Virus record (IMG/VR): IMGVR_UViG_3300045806_000066 | Location: 1-62,339 of that record | DNA from: a virus | Taxonomy: Duplodnaviria; Caudoviricetes | DNA: 62,339 nt | Reading direction: 5' to 3' (one strand) | Part shown: in pieces, positions 38,128 to 47,995 of the stretch | How positions within the stretch are numbered: position 1 is the first letter of the stretch | Layout of the letters: the number at the start of each line of letters is the position of its first letter | Translations under genes and position numbers: made by a program | The notes under the pieces: model-generated | What the model saw: the letters and a program-made list of their open reading frames with translations, nothing else | Told to the model about the DNA's origin: nothing | The model's database searches: none

Positions 38128-39486
38128 TTACCCCCTTGGCCGGTAATCCGGCACGTACTCTAACCGCTTCTTATCGAACATGGCCGCTATCGGGCCCTTC
38201 TCTCCTGCGCGCATTTTCATCACGAGGATGTTGTCATTCCCGGTAAAAGCTCCGTCCGATCCTTCCTCTCGGTGTAGCCCGAGAGCCACATTCGCCGCCG
38301 CTTCCACGTCGCCGGATTCCTTGAAACTAATCATGGTCGGCATCTTGTTGATGTCGCCACCTTGAGGCCGTGCGAAATGGTGCAGGACGATCATCGCCAC
38401 AGGCTCCTCGTCGGCAAACCTGCGCAACGTCTCTATGGCGAAGTTCATGCGGTGCCGTTCATCTCCACCTGGACAACAGAACGAAAATGCCTTCAGGTGA
38501 TCGACCACGATCAAGTGCTCCCGCTCGTCTGCCATAAGTTGCCGTTTGTGCCGCTCCACCATCAGTCGCATCTTTGAGTAGAGTTTGGCCGGGGTGAGTC
38601 CTTTCGGCTTGTGAATCTGCATCGGCCATTGCGAGATAAGTGCTCCAGCCTCTTCGATGGCTAGCTTATCCTCTGGTGTGCGGTAACGCGGATCTCTGAG
38701 TTTCATCGGATGGACGCCCGACACGCTCGCCAAGTTGCGGCGCATCAGTTCGCTCTTACCCATCTCCAGCGAGAAGAAATCTACACGGTCGCCGCGCTTC
38801 GCGTTCTCGCGGCATATCTGCATCGCATAGGCTGTCTTACCACGCTCAGGCATGGCGCCGATGACCATGATCTCGTGTCGCCTGAGTCCCATAATCGAAC
38901 TGTCAAGGTCTGGAATACAGAGGGTGAGCCCAAGTAACTCGCGCTTTGATTCCGCCTCGACGTTCATCTCGTGCAGAGTAGTCATCACGTCATCGGCGAT
39001 GGTTGTTTCCTTCTCGGCGGTCTGAGCTTCGACGGCAACCGCATCCTGAATGATCTTGGAAATCAACTCGTCGCCAGTGATACTGGATTCCATCCCGGCC
39101 AGTTGCGCACGCTCGGCGAGACGAATCGCCGCTCGTACTTTGGCGCGGTCCTTCACAATCGCCATGTAATGTTTTGGCGGGTAGATCGTATTCAGCCGGT
39201 CGGCCATATCCCAGAGGTAGGCCGCCCCGCCGGAAGCCTCCAGAGTCTTATGCCGCGACATCCATTCCATCACCGTCGCCTGGTCGATCTTCTGCCCCGC
39301 CGCAATCACGTCGGCCATCGCGCAGAAGATGCGCGCGTTGCGGCCGTCGTCAAAATCCTCAGCGGTGAGCACTGCCGATATCTGACCCCATACCTCTCCA
39401 TCAAGCAACACCTTCCCGAGAAGCGAACGTTCAGCCTCGTGAGCTGCCGGCATCGTCGCGCTGAATGCTTCGGCGTGGGCGCTCAT
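38128..39486 (-). CDS. dnaB: Replicative helicase, DnaB family
   Basis: EAERSLLG N-terminal domain, Walker A GAMPERGKT, FSLEM, IVVDHL, ESGDVE and KMRAGE. Confidence 0.93.
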   Translation of the reverse strand: MSAHAEAFSATMPAAHEAERSLLGKVLLDGEVWGQISAVLTAEDFDDGRNARIFCAMADVIAAGQKIDQATVMEWMSRHKTLEASGGAAYLWDMADRLNTIYPPKHYMAIVKDRAKVRAAIRLAERAQLAGMESSITGDELISKIIQDAVAVEAQTAEKETTIADDVMTTLHEMNVEAESKRELLGLTLCIPDLDSSIMGLRRHEIMVIGAMPERGKTAYAMQICRENAKRGDRVDFFSLEMGKSELMRRNLASVSGVHPMKLRDPRYRTPEDKLAIEEAGALISQWPMQIHKPKGLTPAKLYSKMRLMVERHKRQLMADEREHLIVVDHLKAFSFCCPGGDERHRMNFAIETLRRFADEEPVAMIVLHHFARPQGGDINKMPTMISFKESGDVEAAANVALGLHREEGSDGAFTGNDNILVMKMRAGEKGPIAAMFDKKRLEYVPDYRPRG

Positions 39487-40373
39487 GCTTCACCCCGGAG
39501 TATGCGGCGGGTCACTTCGCCTGGGTTCTCTGCGCGCGGTGTGGTTTTACCGTTGGCTCCGCAGGTTTTCAGGTACCCGCCCGATTCCAGCCAGCCCTTT
39601 TTACCCTGCTTAAATGATCCGCCATTGAGCGGAGTTGACTCGTAGGCTTGCCACCGTCTCACGATCTCTTCGGCCGCTGTCGTCGCCGAGATCTTCTCGG
39701 CACCCACCAGTTTCTCGACGCACTCGGTCGCCAGCACCCACATTCGCTGGCCAGAGAGTCCGAGTTCTTCCTGCACTTTACGGCTGGCTTCGGCGGGGTT
39801 GAAATCTCCAATCAGGAGGTTCCCTTCTCTTTCCTGATTCCTGATTCCTGATTCCTGATTAGGCGAAGGCTTTACGGAAGGCTTTACGGAAGGCTTTACG
39901 GAAGGCTTTACGGAAGGCTTTACGGAAGGCTTTACGGAATTAAGGCGAAAAGCGTCCGCAAAGTGTTGACCTAACTGCATAAGGAACTCTTCGATATAGG
40001 ATATCGCTCGGTCTTTTAATTCACATGGAGGAATGAATTGAAGTTCAGTCACCCATGCTCTAACTACATTCGGAGATGCTGGTGGGTTGTGTCGTAAAGC
40101 GTTCGGAAGCCATAACACACAGGCTTTCCAGTCGGCTTCAACCATGCCTTTTCCGAAGGCTTCGCCAAAGGCTTTATCGAAGGCTTCCTGTGTCCACCCG
40201 AGAGATTCGGCAAGTGATCCTCGGCCGACGCGGCATAGTCCAGGGATGACGGATGTATGTGGACCGGTGAGCAGATAGAGCCAAAGTCCTTGACCGCTTG
40301 GTGGCATCGGCGAGAGCGCCACAAACTTGTCGTCTGTCCATGTTCCAACTTCAACCTTACGGTAGCGGCTCAT
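39483..40373 (-). CDS. Phage replication initiator (O-like)
   Basis: YRKV...WTDDKF..LS...LWLYLLT.PH N-terminus, internal iterons, coupled to dnaB. Confidence 0.8.
   Translation of the reverse strand: MSRYRKVEVGTWTDDKFVALSPMPPSGQGLWLYLLTGPHTSVIPGLCRVGRGSLAESLGWTQEAFDKAFGEAFGKGMVEADWKACVLWLPNALRHNPPASPNVVRAWVTELQFIPPCELKDRAISYIEEFLMQLGQHFADAFRLNSVKPSVKPSVKPSVKPSVKPSVKPSPNQESGIRNQEREGNLLIGDFNPAEASRKVQEELGLSGQRMWVLATECVEKLVGAEKISATTAAEEIVRRWQAYESTPLNGGSFKQGKKGWLESGGYLKTCGANGKTTPRAENPGEVTRRILRGEA
39831..39939. repeat. Probable replication origin: 4x TTCCTGA plus 6x GAAGGCTTTACG
   Basis: 7-mers at 39831-39858 and perfect 12-mers at 39865-39936, inside the initiator gene. Confidence 0.8.
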
Positions 40374-40684
40374 TCCCATCCTTTCGCAAGTAAGGCAGGA
40401 GAGGGATGCTTGCGAACACCCCTCCCCACTTATCATCGTCTGCGGGATCAGCGCAGAAGCCCGGCGTCGGCCTGGCGACTCGACACCTCCACCATACTAC
40501 CCGACCCGCGCCCGGTCAACGGTCATTCGTCGCCTGTACCAGCGCGCTCAGCGCCGCCCCAGCCTGCGCCGCCTTGATGTGCCAGGAGTGGTGCAAGTCC
40601 ATCCCGGTACCGCACACCAGCGCCCCGCAGGTCGCGCACTGGTACAGCGGATCGGACATTCGGATCGGTGGATTAGGAAACCGC

Positions 40685-40909
40685 TCACTTACCGGCATTG
40701 GACACCCCCAACAGTTTCATCTTCCGCGCCAACGAGTTCCGGTGGATGTCCAGGTACACCGCCGTCTGGCTGATGTTCCCGCCATTCACGCGCAAGGCGG
40801 CCTCGATGTACTTCCGTTCGACCAGATTCAGCGCGTCGGCAAACGGAACTTTGACCAGAAGCGCGAACTCGACGTACTCGACCGCCTTTTGCGACAGAAA
40901 AGCACTCAT
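40685..40909 (-). CDS. Fis-type HTH protein
   Basis: VERKYIEAALRVNGGNISQTAVYLDIHRNSLARKMK. Confidence 0.85.
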   Translation of the reverse strand: MSAFLSQKAVEYVEFALLVKVPFADALNLVERKYIEAALRVNGGNISQTAVYLDIHRNSLARKMKLLGVSNAGK

Positions 40910-41119
40910 GCCGCCGTCTCCTTAATCTTCTCGTATACGGCATCCTTCGCCTGCCGGTAGCCAATCAGGTGCTTGATCTGCACCAATTGCTCGCCCGCCT
41001 CCAGCCGCTTGTAGATGTCTCCAGCAACCTCGCGCCGATGGGCCGCCAGCAGCGCCAGAAGGTATTCGCGGGTCACTGAGTAGTCGCGGCAAGTTCCGAG
41101 GTGGTGCGTCAGGAATTCC

Positions 41120-41518
41120 TTATCGGTTTGCATCGGCGTCTCCGTCCAGCGCGGCAAGGATGGCATTGATTTCTTTGCGGTCATATCCAGCCTCGTCCAA
41201 CTTCTCCCGCCGGGGATCGACTGGCGCGGGGAGCAGGGCGGCGTTGCGGCGCTCGATGAACGCCCGTATCAAGCGGTGGGCATATTCGCGTCTTCCACTA
41301 ATAGACGGAATATCGAGCAACCTAAACAGTGATTCTACTTCCTCTTCGGTTGGCATCTCCCACTTGGCTTGCAGGTAGGGAGCAATTGCAATCACGTCGC
41401 CACACAGGCGTGTACGTTCAGTTGCAGACAATTCACCGTACTGCTTGCGGTGCGGAAGTCTACGCGCTCCTGTCTTAATCGCTGCCTCGATCTGCTCTTT
41501 GCTGAGTTCAATCATCAT
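41120..41518 (-). CDS. Hypothetical protein
   Basis: AAGGA RBS and ATGA overlap. Confidence 0.55.
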   Translation of the reverse strand: MMIELSKEQIEAAIKTGARRLPHRKQYGELSATERTRLCGDVIAIAPYLQAKWEMPTEEEVESLFRLLDIPSISGRREYAHRLIRAFIERRNAALLPAPVDPRREKLDEAGYDRKEINAILAALDGDADANR

Positions 41519-41787
41519 GCTTCCTTTCGTCCGTAAAGTTCTTGCCATTCGGCCAACCGCTGCTGTCCGTTCTTCTCGGACTTTGCTGCGTTGGCCTTCG
41601 CTTTGAGCCCGCGCTGTGCTCGTACCTCGTCACACCAAACTTTATAGGGAAAGTAACGCCGCTCACCGAACGGGTAAGCCGCGAACAGTGCAGCGCGGAT
41701 CTGCTTCTCCGTTGCACCCGTGTCCCGGCAATCCTGCAGTACCTTCGCAATGATCGGCCGCGCCGTGTCCCGCCATGAGTGAGGCAT
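41515..41787 (-). CDS. Conserved phage hypothetical protein
   Basis: WRD.ARPII...AYPFGER..FPYKVWCDEVR; GGAG RBS. Confidence 0.7.
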   Translation of the reverse strand: MPHSWRDTARPIIAKVLQDCRDTGATEKQIRAALFAAYPFGERRYFPYKVWCDEVRAQRGLKAKANAAKSEKNGQQRLAEWQELYGRKEA

Positions 41788-41789
41788 TG

Positions 41790-42188
41790 TTACTCCAGAA
41801 TCCAATTCCACAAACCAAGGTGCCCGGTGACCGATGGGCGGTCTTTGACCACTTCGACAAACTCCAGAAACCACGCGAAGCGGCCATCGGAGTAGTCCCC
41901 AAACGCGAGCTCTTGTGCAGTTAGTTTCCCTCGCACATCTTCCGTTCTACGACAACCCATGAGTTTCACAATGCACAACACTTGGCCCCGCGGGTACTCG
42001 TAGTCAGGGCCGAGCAACACGCTCACAGGAGGCTCTTGGCTAAATTCCTTGGCGTAACCGGGGAAACCTTTGGCCGCATGGATAGCAAGTGGCCCCGTAT
42101 ATCGCGTAGCCCATGACCGCGTTTCGATACGCTTCGCTTTCAACTCCACCAAAGTTGCCCACGGCTGCGTTAGTGTGAGTGCTTTCAT
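41790..42188 (-). CDS. ASCH-domain protein
   Basis: MKALTLTQPWATLV...KRIETRSWATRYTGPLAIHA...GHLGLWNW. Confidence 0.9.
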   Translation of the reverse strand: MKALTLTQPWATLVELKAKRIETRSWATRYTGPLAIHAAKGFPGYAKEFSQEPPVSVLLGPDYEYPRGQVLCIVKLMGCRRTEDVRGKLTAQELAFGDYSDGRFAWFLEFVEVVKDRPSVTGHLGLWNWILE

Positions 42189-42255
42189 GTTGAATTCCTC
42201 CCCGGTTAAATCGGGGGAGCCGTCCAAGCCTCCCCCATCTGCGCACACTGGCCGC

Positions 42256-43371
42256 CTATGCTGACGGTTCAGAGTCTAGATTGTCTGCCCACGCTCCCGA
42301 CTCCACGCACGCGATTACCTTGTCGTAGTCGGCCACGGTGATATCGTTCGACGATTCGTAGCCAAAGTGAGCCAGAGTGCGGTGCTTGTCGTCGTCGGTC
42401 ATGTTCTGCTTCCCGCAGAAAGTATGCCAGCGGGTGACCTGTTCCTTAGTGATCTTGGCACCCTTCACCTTGTTGAGTACGGTCTCGGCGCGCGTCCCTC
42501 CTGCGGCCGCCTGCTTCTCTTCCGGCTTCTTGGTATCCTCGGCCGGTTTCCGCTCATCCATGATCTCGCGCCAGGTCGTCTCGCCATCCTTGAGCGCCGC
42601 GTACAGTGCGCGCAGGTCGAGCAGTTCCTTGGGTTCGAGGATTTCGATATCGTGTTTCAGATAGTCCTTGATCTGTGCGACGGTGACGCCCATCGCTCCG
42701 AAGGCGTCGAGAATCTTCCGCTTGGCCGCGTCCGGGTCTTCTGCGTCCTTCCGCTTCTGCGTGGCGATGATCTCATCCATCGCCTCATCCACCAGATCGC
42801 CGGGAACCAGCCGCAGCCCGAGGGTGCGGACGGCCTTCGAGATGAGCGCATTTTGTTTGTTGAGAATGTCATCATCGGTGCCTTCGAGGAGGTAGACCGG
42901 CTTCCCGTAGGAGTTGAGGCGCTGACGGAGAACCACGTCGCCATCCTTATAGCTGCTGCGCTCGATGGTCTTCTGAATGGTAACGTCTTGCGAATACGGC
43001 ACGTTGCTCTCAATGTCGGTAACCGAGACCCGGACGATGCGGCGCTCGCGGTCATCAAATACCGTGATCGTTTCCACGGCGACGTTGGTCATGCAACGAA
43101 TCGCGGCCTCCGCAAACCGAATGCTCGGACCTTCGATGCCCTTACCCACCGGCTTCCGGTAGCGGGCGACTTCCGCGAAATGCGGACGCTTGCACTCCTT
43201 CATCAACTTCTCACGCACCACATCGAGGTCGCGGGGATGCTGCAGCGCCACGATGTAGCGCGCTTCAATGAGCGCCTTTGCTTGCGCGGCGAGAACCATG
43301 CTGCTGGTTTCCGTCTGCTGCACGATGGCGGTGGACTGCGGTTTCAGAATTGCTGTCTCGGACGTTGACAT
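42256..43371 (-). CDS. Putative single-strand annealing/recombination protein
   Basis: PRD...IEGPSIRFAEA...SKAVR motifs; directly downstream of the exonuclease. Confidence 0.6.
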   Translation of the reverse strand: MSTSETAILKPQSTAIVQQTETSSMVLAAQAKALIEARYIVALQHPRDLDVVREKLMKECKRPHFAEVARYRKPVGKGIEGPSIRFAEAAIRCMTNVAVETITVFDDRERRIVRVSVTDIESNVPYSQDVTIQKTIERSSYKDGDVVLRQRLNSYGKPVYLLEGTDDDILNKQNALISKAVRTLGLRLVPGDLVDEAMDEIIATQKRKDAEDPDAAKRKILDAFGAMGVTVAQIKDYLKHDIEILEPKELLDLRALYAALKDGETTWREIMDERKPAEDTKKPEEKQAAAGGTRAETVLNKVKGAKITKEQVTRWHTFCGKQNMTDDDKHRTLAHFGYESSNDITVADYDKVIACVESGAWADNLDSEPSA

Positions 43372-43373
43372 TG

Positions 43374-44396
43374 CTATCTCTCCTTGGCAAACCACGCCCG
43401 GCAATATGCGGAGCGTTCGGTCGGCTTGGAACAGGTTTCAATGATGCGTTGAATTACCTCATTGGCATCCTGTGCGCGCCCCTTGACGAAGGCGGACAGT
43501 TCGGCAAACGCCGTTTTGTAGTCGGTAGTGACGGAAGGCGTTGAGCGGACAATTCCAATCTTGCCGAGTTCGGTCTTGCTTCCGTCGGAATCGCCAAGTA
43601 GCGCGAACAGGTGATTCTTTTCCATCTGCTCAGCCGCTTCCGCTTCCTTCTTGCGAGCCTGCGCCATCTTCAACAGGAGCGCGTGCTCGCTGATATCCGG
43701 CGTACAGGGCACCAGGTTGCCGTTGCCGATGGAGAACTTGCGGGCCAGGTATCTGCCGTAGGCTTCGCTCTCGTCGATCGGTGGCGGCACCTGAGTGAGA
43801 ACGTGGTCGTTCCAGAAGGCACGGCCAGCCTCAATGAGTGCCTTCACCAGCCCGTCATCGCGCTCCACGCGGTAGGACTGGAGCGAGTTACCGGCGAACA
43901 GGACGGCGATATTCCACGCCTTGTATCCGGTCACGGCCATGTACCACATGACCTGAATCAAATACTGCTCAGGAACTTGGTCAGTGCCAGGCGTTCCCCA
44001 CTCGTCCGACTTGCGGCCGGAACACTTACACTCCCACCCGCAAAGAAACTGCGGCATCAGCCCGTCCGGGGTGCCTAGCATCCAAGGTTCCTCGCCGATG
44101 ACGATGGTCTGATCCTTCCACGGCTTCGAGCGCGGAAACAGAGCGGCAATATCCTTGGGCGCCGTCACGTCCACATCGAAGCGAATGGCGTACCGCTCGC
44201 GGATCAGCGGCTCAAGCGCCGAACCCCAAAATAGCAACTCCTTGTCCAATTCAGGAAATCCTCCCGGGTTGATCTTGCCCTCGTAGATCTCGATTGGCCG
44301 CTTCCAGGGTGACAGGCCGACGATGGCCGCAAGGTCTGTACCACCTAGACCATCGGCCCGCGCGGTCATAAACGATTCTTGCTCTTCGTTAATCAT
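43374..44396 (-). CDS. YqaJ/lambda-exonuclease-family recombination nuclease
   Basis: R..GLGGTD.AAIVGLSPWK, WG..LEP, TPDG, ECK and Y.IQV.WYM.VTG. Confidence 0.92.
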   Translation of the reverse strand: MINEEQESFMTARADGLGGTDLAAIVGLSPWKRPIEIYEGKINPGGFPELDKELLFWGSALEPLIRERYAIRFDVDVTAPKDIAALFPRSKPWKDQTIVIGEEPWMLGTPDGLMPQFLCGWECKCSGRKSDEWGTPGTDQVPEQYLIQVMWYMAVTGYKAWNIAVLFAGNSLQSYRVERDDGLVKALIEAGRAFWNDHVLTQVPPPIDESEAYGRYLARKFSIGNGNLVPCTPDISEHALLLKMAQARKKEAEAAEQMEKNHLFALLGDSDGSKTELGKIGIVRSTPSVTTDYKTAFAELSAFVKGRAQDANEVIQRIIETCSKPTERSAYCRAWFAKER

Positions 44397-44407
44397 GACG
44401 CTTCCTT

Positions 44408-45577
44408 TCAGTACGTTACGGTTACGTGCGGCACTTCGCCGGCTGCGATCATATCGACGATCTTCTTCGCCGTGTCATCATCGAACCCGGCGGCCATGAT
44501 CGCGGTAATCATCTGGTTGTGAACGCGGGCGCGAATCCTGCGATTGGCTTCCCGCTTCTCGTTTAATATCCGTTCTGCTTCCGCCGCGGCCGCAACGCGC
44601 TCCCGCTCACGCTGCACGGCCGCTGCCTTCTCCTGCTCAGCCCGCTTCTCGGCGGCGATGCGATCCTGTTCGGCCTTCTCGATAGCGGCCAGCCGGTCAC
44701 GTTCGGCCTTGGCAACCGCCTCCAGGCGTTCACCTTCCGCGCGAATAGCCCGTTGTTCGGCTTCAATCTTGTCCTTGATAGCCTTTTCTTTGGCGGCCCT
44801 CTCCACCTCCTCACGCCGCTTAGCTTCGCTCTCCAGCCGCACGCGCTCAGCTACTGCATCGCGCTCGGCTTTCTCTTCGGCCGCGATACGCTTCCGTTCG
44901 GCAACCGCTTCCGCCTCCTCCCGCGCCAGCCGCGCAATGTTCGCCTCGTGCTCCTTCTGCGCGCGCTCGGCTGCTTCCTTACGGTGCCGTTCCAGTTCGG
45001 CCCGGTCGGCGTCGGCCTGCTGAGCGGCGGCCAACATCGGACGCAACTTTTGCAAGGATTCGGACTTAGCGAGAGCGGCGCGGCGGGTGAATTCCTCCAT
45101 GTCGCTCACGTCGTAGGCTTCAAGTTCCTCGATCTTGGCCGCGATAGATGCCGTCGGTAGCCCTTGGCAGTTCCCGGCGAGCGTCAGGTACTCAATGCGG
45201 ACTTCCAGAGCGGCGACACGATCCTTCTCCGCCTGCTCCCACTCGGTCAGCGGCGCGCGTACCTCTTTCTGCAAAGCCTCCAGTTCGTCCCAGATACGAG
45301 AACCTTCCTTGTCGATGACGGCCAGCCGCTTCTTCTCATCGGATACCAGTGCCTTGCGCTGGCTGTCGATGAACGTGCGGGACCGGGCAAGCTGGTACGC
45401 CAGCGATGCCAGTTCCTTGCGGTCGTCGGACTTGCTGATATCGAGCGATGCGGCGCGAGCACGGGACTCGGCTTTGATGCGGTCCAGCATCGGGTCAATC
45501 GCGCCCGGCTGAAACAGTTGGACAGCGGTCAACTTCTCGATGGTTACCAGTGCGGTATCCTGCGGTGTCGTGCTCAC
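44408..45577 (-). CDS. Coiled-coil phage protein
   Basis: E/A/R/K-rich; ASLAYQLARSRT.ID and C-terminal IAAGEVPHVTVTY. Confidence 0.75.
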   Translation of the reverse strand: MSTTPQDTALVTIEKLTAVQLFQPGAIDPMLDRIKAESRARAASLDISKSDDRKELASLAYQLARSRTFIDSQRKALVSDEKKRLAVIDKEGSRIWDELEALQKEVRAPLTEWEQAEKDRVAALEVRIEYLTLAGNCQGLPTASIAAKIEELEAYDVSDMEEFTRRAALAKSESLQKLRPMLAAAQQADADRAELERHRKEAAERAQKEHEANIARLAREEAEAVAERKRIAAEEKAERDAVAERVRLESEAKRREEVERAAKEKAIKDKIEAEQRAIRAEGERLEAVAKAERDRLAAIEKAEQDRIAAEKRAEQEKAAAVQRERERVAAAAEAERILNEKREANRRIRARVHNQMITAIMAAGFDDDTAKKIVDMIAAGEVPHVTVTY

Positions 45578-45756
45578 AGCGTCACCCCTTCCTTTTCCGC
45601 GAGTTCCTTGAGAGCCGCCCTTATCGTATCGCTCTCGTTTAGTTCGTACCCGTTATCATCCTTGAGTTGACGACGTAGCTGGCAGAGTACCTTGTACTCC
45701 GCTGGCGTTATCCGTGCGCTCACCACTTCCATCTTCTTGGCAGGTCGTTTATTCAT
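45574..45756 (-). CDS. Ribbon-helix-helix-like regulator
   Basis: VVSARITPAEY..L...ESDTIRAAL; first gene after the AT-rich gap. Confidence 0.6.
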   Translation of the reverse strand: MNKRPAKKMEVVSARITPAEYKVLCQLRRQLKDDNGYELNESDTIRAALKELAEKEGVTL

Positions 45757-45836
45757 AGCAAAAGCATCGTAGCATGATTGTTGTTTACAATTTCACTTTA
45801 TTTGTAAATAAATTTACAGAATGAGAGTATGATGAT
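45757..45836. promoter_or_regulatory. AT-rich divergent promoter/operator region
   Basis: TTTACA, TGTAAA and TTTACA boxes; TATGAT rightward and TGcTACGAT leftward. Confidence 0.55.
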
Positions 45837-45878
45837 TTGGAAAGTTGTAGCGCCCTACAGGGCCGGGAGGAGAGGGAT

Positions 45879-46409
45879 ATGATCGACATAAAATTCGACG
45901 AAAGTGAAAAATGTCAGTGCGATACGTGCCGCAAAAGAAGGTCCGCACCAGCCCAGCCCGCACCGCAACACGACTGCCGCGCTCGTTACGTTTGCGCGGA
46001 TTGCGGCAAGCCAGTAGACGATCCCAGCCACACAGCCGGGGCCGGGGTGCAGAACTTGTTCAAAGAGCCCGCACCGTATATTCTCCCAACGTCGTCGTCG
46101 GTTGTATTTGAGCTTGCCGACGATTACGCCGCCCACGTCATCGCCGACCTGCGTTCTGAAAACGAGCGGCTCAAGGCGAGATTATCTCGGTTCGACGGAT
46201 CGAGTTTTCTTGATGTGTTGGAGCGGGCTGATCTGGCCGAGGCGGAGCGTGACCGGCTGCGCGCATCTATTCTGTGGGCACTGGGGTACACGCCTGAAAC
46301 CGGAGAACCTTTCCGGTTACGTGAAGATGGCGAAGGAGCGTACTGGTGGAGATCAGAATTGAGAGAGCGTTCGGGAATCACCCCACCAGCCACCAAGGAT
46401 AAGCCATGA
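45879..46409 (+). CDS. Hypothetical protein
   Basis: GAGG RBS, CxxC motifs and a C-terminal GAYWWRSELR. Confidence 0.6.
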   Translation: MIDIKFDESEKCQCDTCRKRRSAPAQPAPQHDCRARYVCADCGKPVDDPSHTAGAGVQNLFKEPAPYILPTSSSVVFELADDYAAHVIADLRSENERLKARLSRFDGSSFLDVLERADLAEAERDRLRASILWALGYTPETGEPFRLREDGEGAYWWRSELRERSGITPPATKDKP

Positions 46410-46621
46410 GTTTAGAGCAGAGAGCGCGGATTGAAGTGATGCAGGAGATAGCCAGAGAGATTAGCTCCATGAGAGATCGGGCGACCGTGCCATTCCGGTT
46501 TGGCTTTTGTTATGACCGCAAAACCGCATTATTCGATGCCGCGAAATTCGTGTACGACAAGGCTTTTACAGAGTTACATGCTGCTGACGAGCCAGCCATT
46601 GACGACAAGGAGAAGCTATGA
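46406..46621 (+). CDS. Hypothetical protein
   Basis: ATGA overlaps at both ends. Confidence 0.5.
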   Translation: MSLEQRARIEVMQEIAREISSMRDRATVPFRFGFCYDRKTALFDAAKFVYDKAFTELHAADEPAIDDKEKL

Positions 46622-46793
46622 TGCAGTTCTACGTATGCTACACGCTCAAGCGCGGCATCATCGACCCGCCAGAACCGCTCGATGAGGACAACAACCGCAA
46701 GGTTCTATTGGCGCAATACCGGAACGAGTACCCCGAGAAGCAAGAGCGCACGGTTTGGGAGTAATGAGGTATTATGCTACCGGGGACTAGCCC

Positions 46794-47150
46794 ATGTTCG
46801 GCAACAACTCTAAGAAGCTGCTGGCCGCGATAAAGTCGCTCCAGATAACCGCCAACGCAATACTTGCCAACCAGGAGAAGATGATGTCTTCCGAACAGAA
46901 CCTGCAGGATGCTCTTGACCAGCTCACCGCTTCCGTCGCCACGTCCACCACAATTCAGGCGAAGATTCTGACCGACTTGCAGGCCGAGATTGCGCTGCTT
47001 TCGGCACAGACCGGCCCGGTAACCCAATCGCAACTCGACGCACTGACCAACCAGGCACAGGCCGCGCTCGCCAGCGTGAACGCGCTCAATGCCTCCATGA
47101 CCGGCGAGGATGCCACACTCCAGCCTCCCGCCCCGACGCCCGCAGCATAA
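46794..47150 (+). CDS. Coiled-coil hypothetical protein
   Basis: Heptad-like A/Q/L pattern, followed by a terminator. Confidence 0.65.
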   Translation: MFGNNSKKLLAAIKSLQITANAILANQEKMMSSEQNLQDALDQLTASVATSTTIQAKILTDLQAEIALLSAQTGPVTQSQLDALTNQAQAALASVNALNASMTGEDATLQPPAPTPAA

Positions 47151-47164
47151 CTCTCGCCACAAAC

Positions 47165-47207
47165 AAAAAGAGCGCCCACCCCCGCGAAGGGATGGGCGTT
47201 TCTGTTT
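47165..47207. terminator. Bidirectional terminator between convergent genes
   Basis: AAAA-GAGCGCCCA...TGGGCGTTT-CTGTTT. Confidence 0.65.
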
Positions 47208-47234
47208 CTACGGGTTGGTGCTGCCGAATCGGTA

Positions 47235-47747
47235 CTACGCGCCAGCGATGGCGGCCTGTGCCTTCTCCTCGGTGGTCTGCTCGGCAACCGGGACAGCCGG
47301 GGCCACCGCGGCAGGAGCGGCGACTGGAATAGCCGGGACAGCGGGAGCCTTCTTCACGATGGAATCGAAAAGGTCCGCAAAGCCGCTGGTGATCGCCTGA
47401 ATTGCCGAATCCCATTTGCTCACGTTCGCAACGGCGGCAGTGCCGAGAAATCCGCTGTTCTTGATGAGAGCTTCCACACCGGGAGCGGCGGTAGCGAGTT
47501 TGTCGGCTCCGGAACCGGTACCATTGGTGGCGGCGCTGATGAGTGCGCCAGCTCCCACAATCACGTTGCCGATCTTCTGGATGGCAACGTTGACCTCGGG
47601 GTATCCGGCGGCAGTCGCGGCAATGCCGGCAACTTCGGCGATCTGGGGTTCGATCTTGGCGGCTCCCTCGATCAGCAAGGCGGCATCGTGTTCTGCGGCT
47701 TTCAGAAACGAGAGTACTTCGGTTTCAGCGGTTGCAAATACGGACAT
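47235..47747 (-). CDS. Ala-rich protein at the end of the lysis module
   Basis: Start MSVFATA with AAGGA RBS; GSGADKL motif. Confidence 0.65.
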   Translation of the reverse strand: MSVFATAETEVLSFLKAAEHDAALLIEGAAKIEPQIAEVAGIAATAAGYPEVNVAIQKIGNVIVGAGALISAATNGTGSGADKLATAAPGVEALIKNSGFLGTAAVANVSKWDSAIQAITSGFADLFDSIVKKAPAVPAIPVAAPAAVAPAVPVAEQTTEEKAQAAIAGA

Positions 47748-47818
47748 GGGGATTCCTTTGGCGCCGAAGCGCGGGTTGTGGACAACTAATTGTTGGCGGT
47801 TGACTTTTGGTTGGGAAA

Positions 47819-47995
47819 CTAAGACTTTGCGGGAACCTGAAACGCCACGCACGCAGCCGTAAAGCTGGATTGTGAGATCGTTTGAGCCCACGCGCTGCCA
47901 TAACGCACGGAAAGCGCGCCGAACACCACGGCGAGCACAGAGAAGGCGATGGGGCCAATGAGCCCCTTAATTTGGTCCATGATGATTTCCTCCAT
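47819..47995 (-). CDS. Small membrane protein, holin candidate (not in ORF track)
   Basis: MEEIIMDQIKGLIGPIAFSVLAVVFGALSVRYG...; TAATG overlap with the upstream stop. Confidence 0.5.
   Translation of the reverse strand: MEEIIMDQIKGLIGPIAFSVLAVVFGALSVRYGSAWAQTISQSSFTAACVAFQVPAKS

Noticed and set aside
44408-45577. TolA or tape-measure call for the coiled-coil protein
   Set aside because: No TM anchor and it sits in the recombination operon; any similarity would be compositional only.
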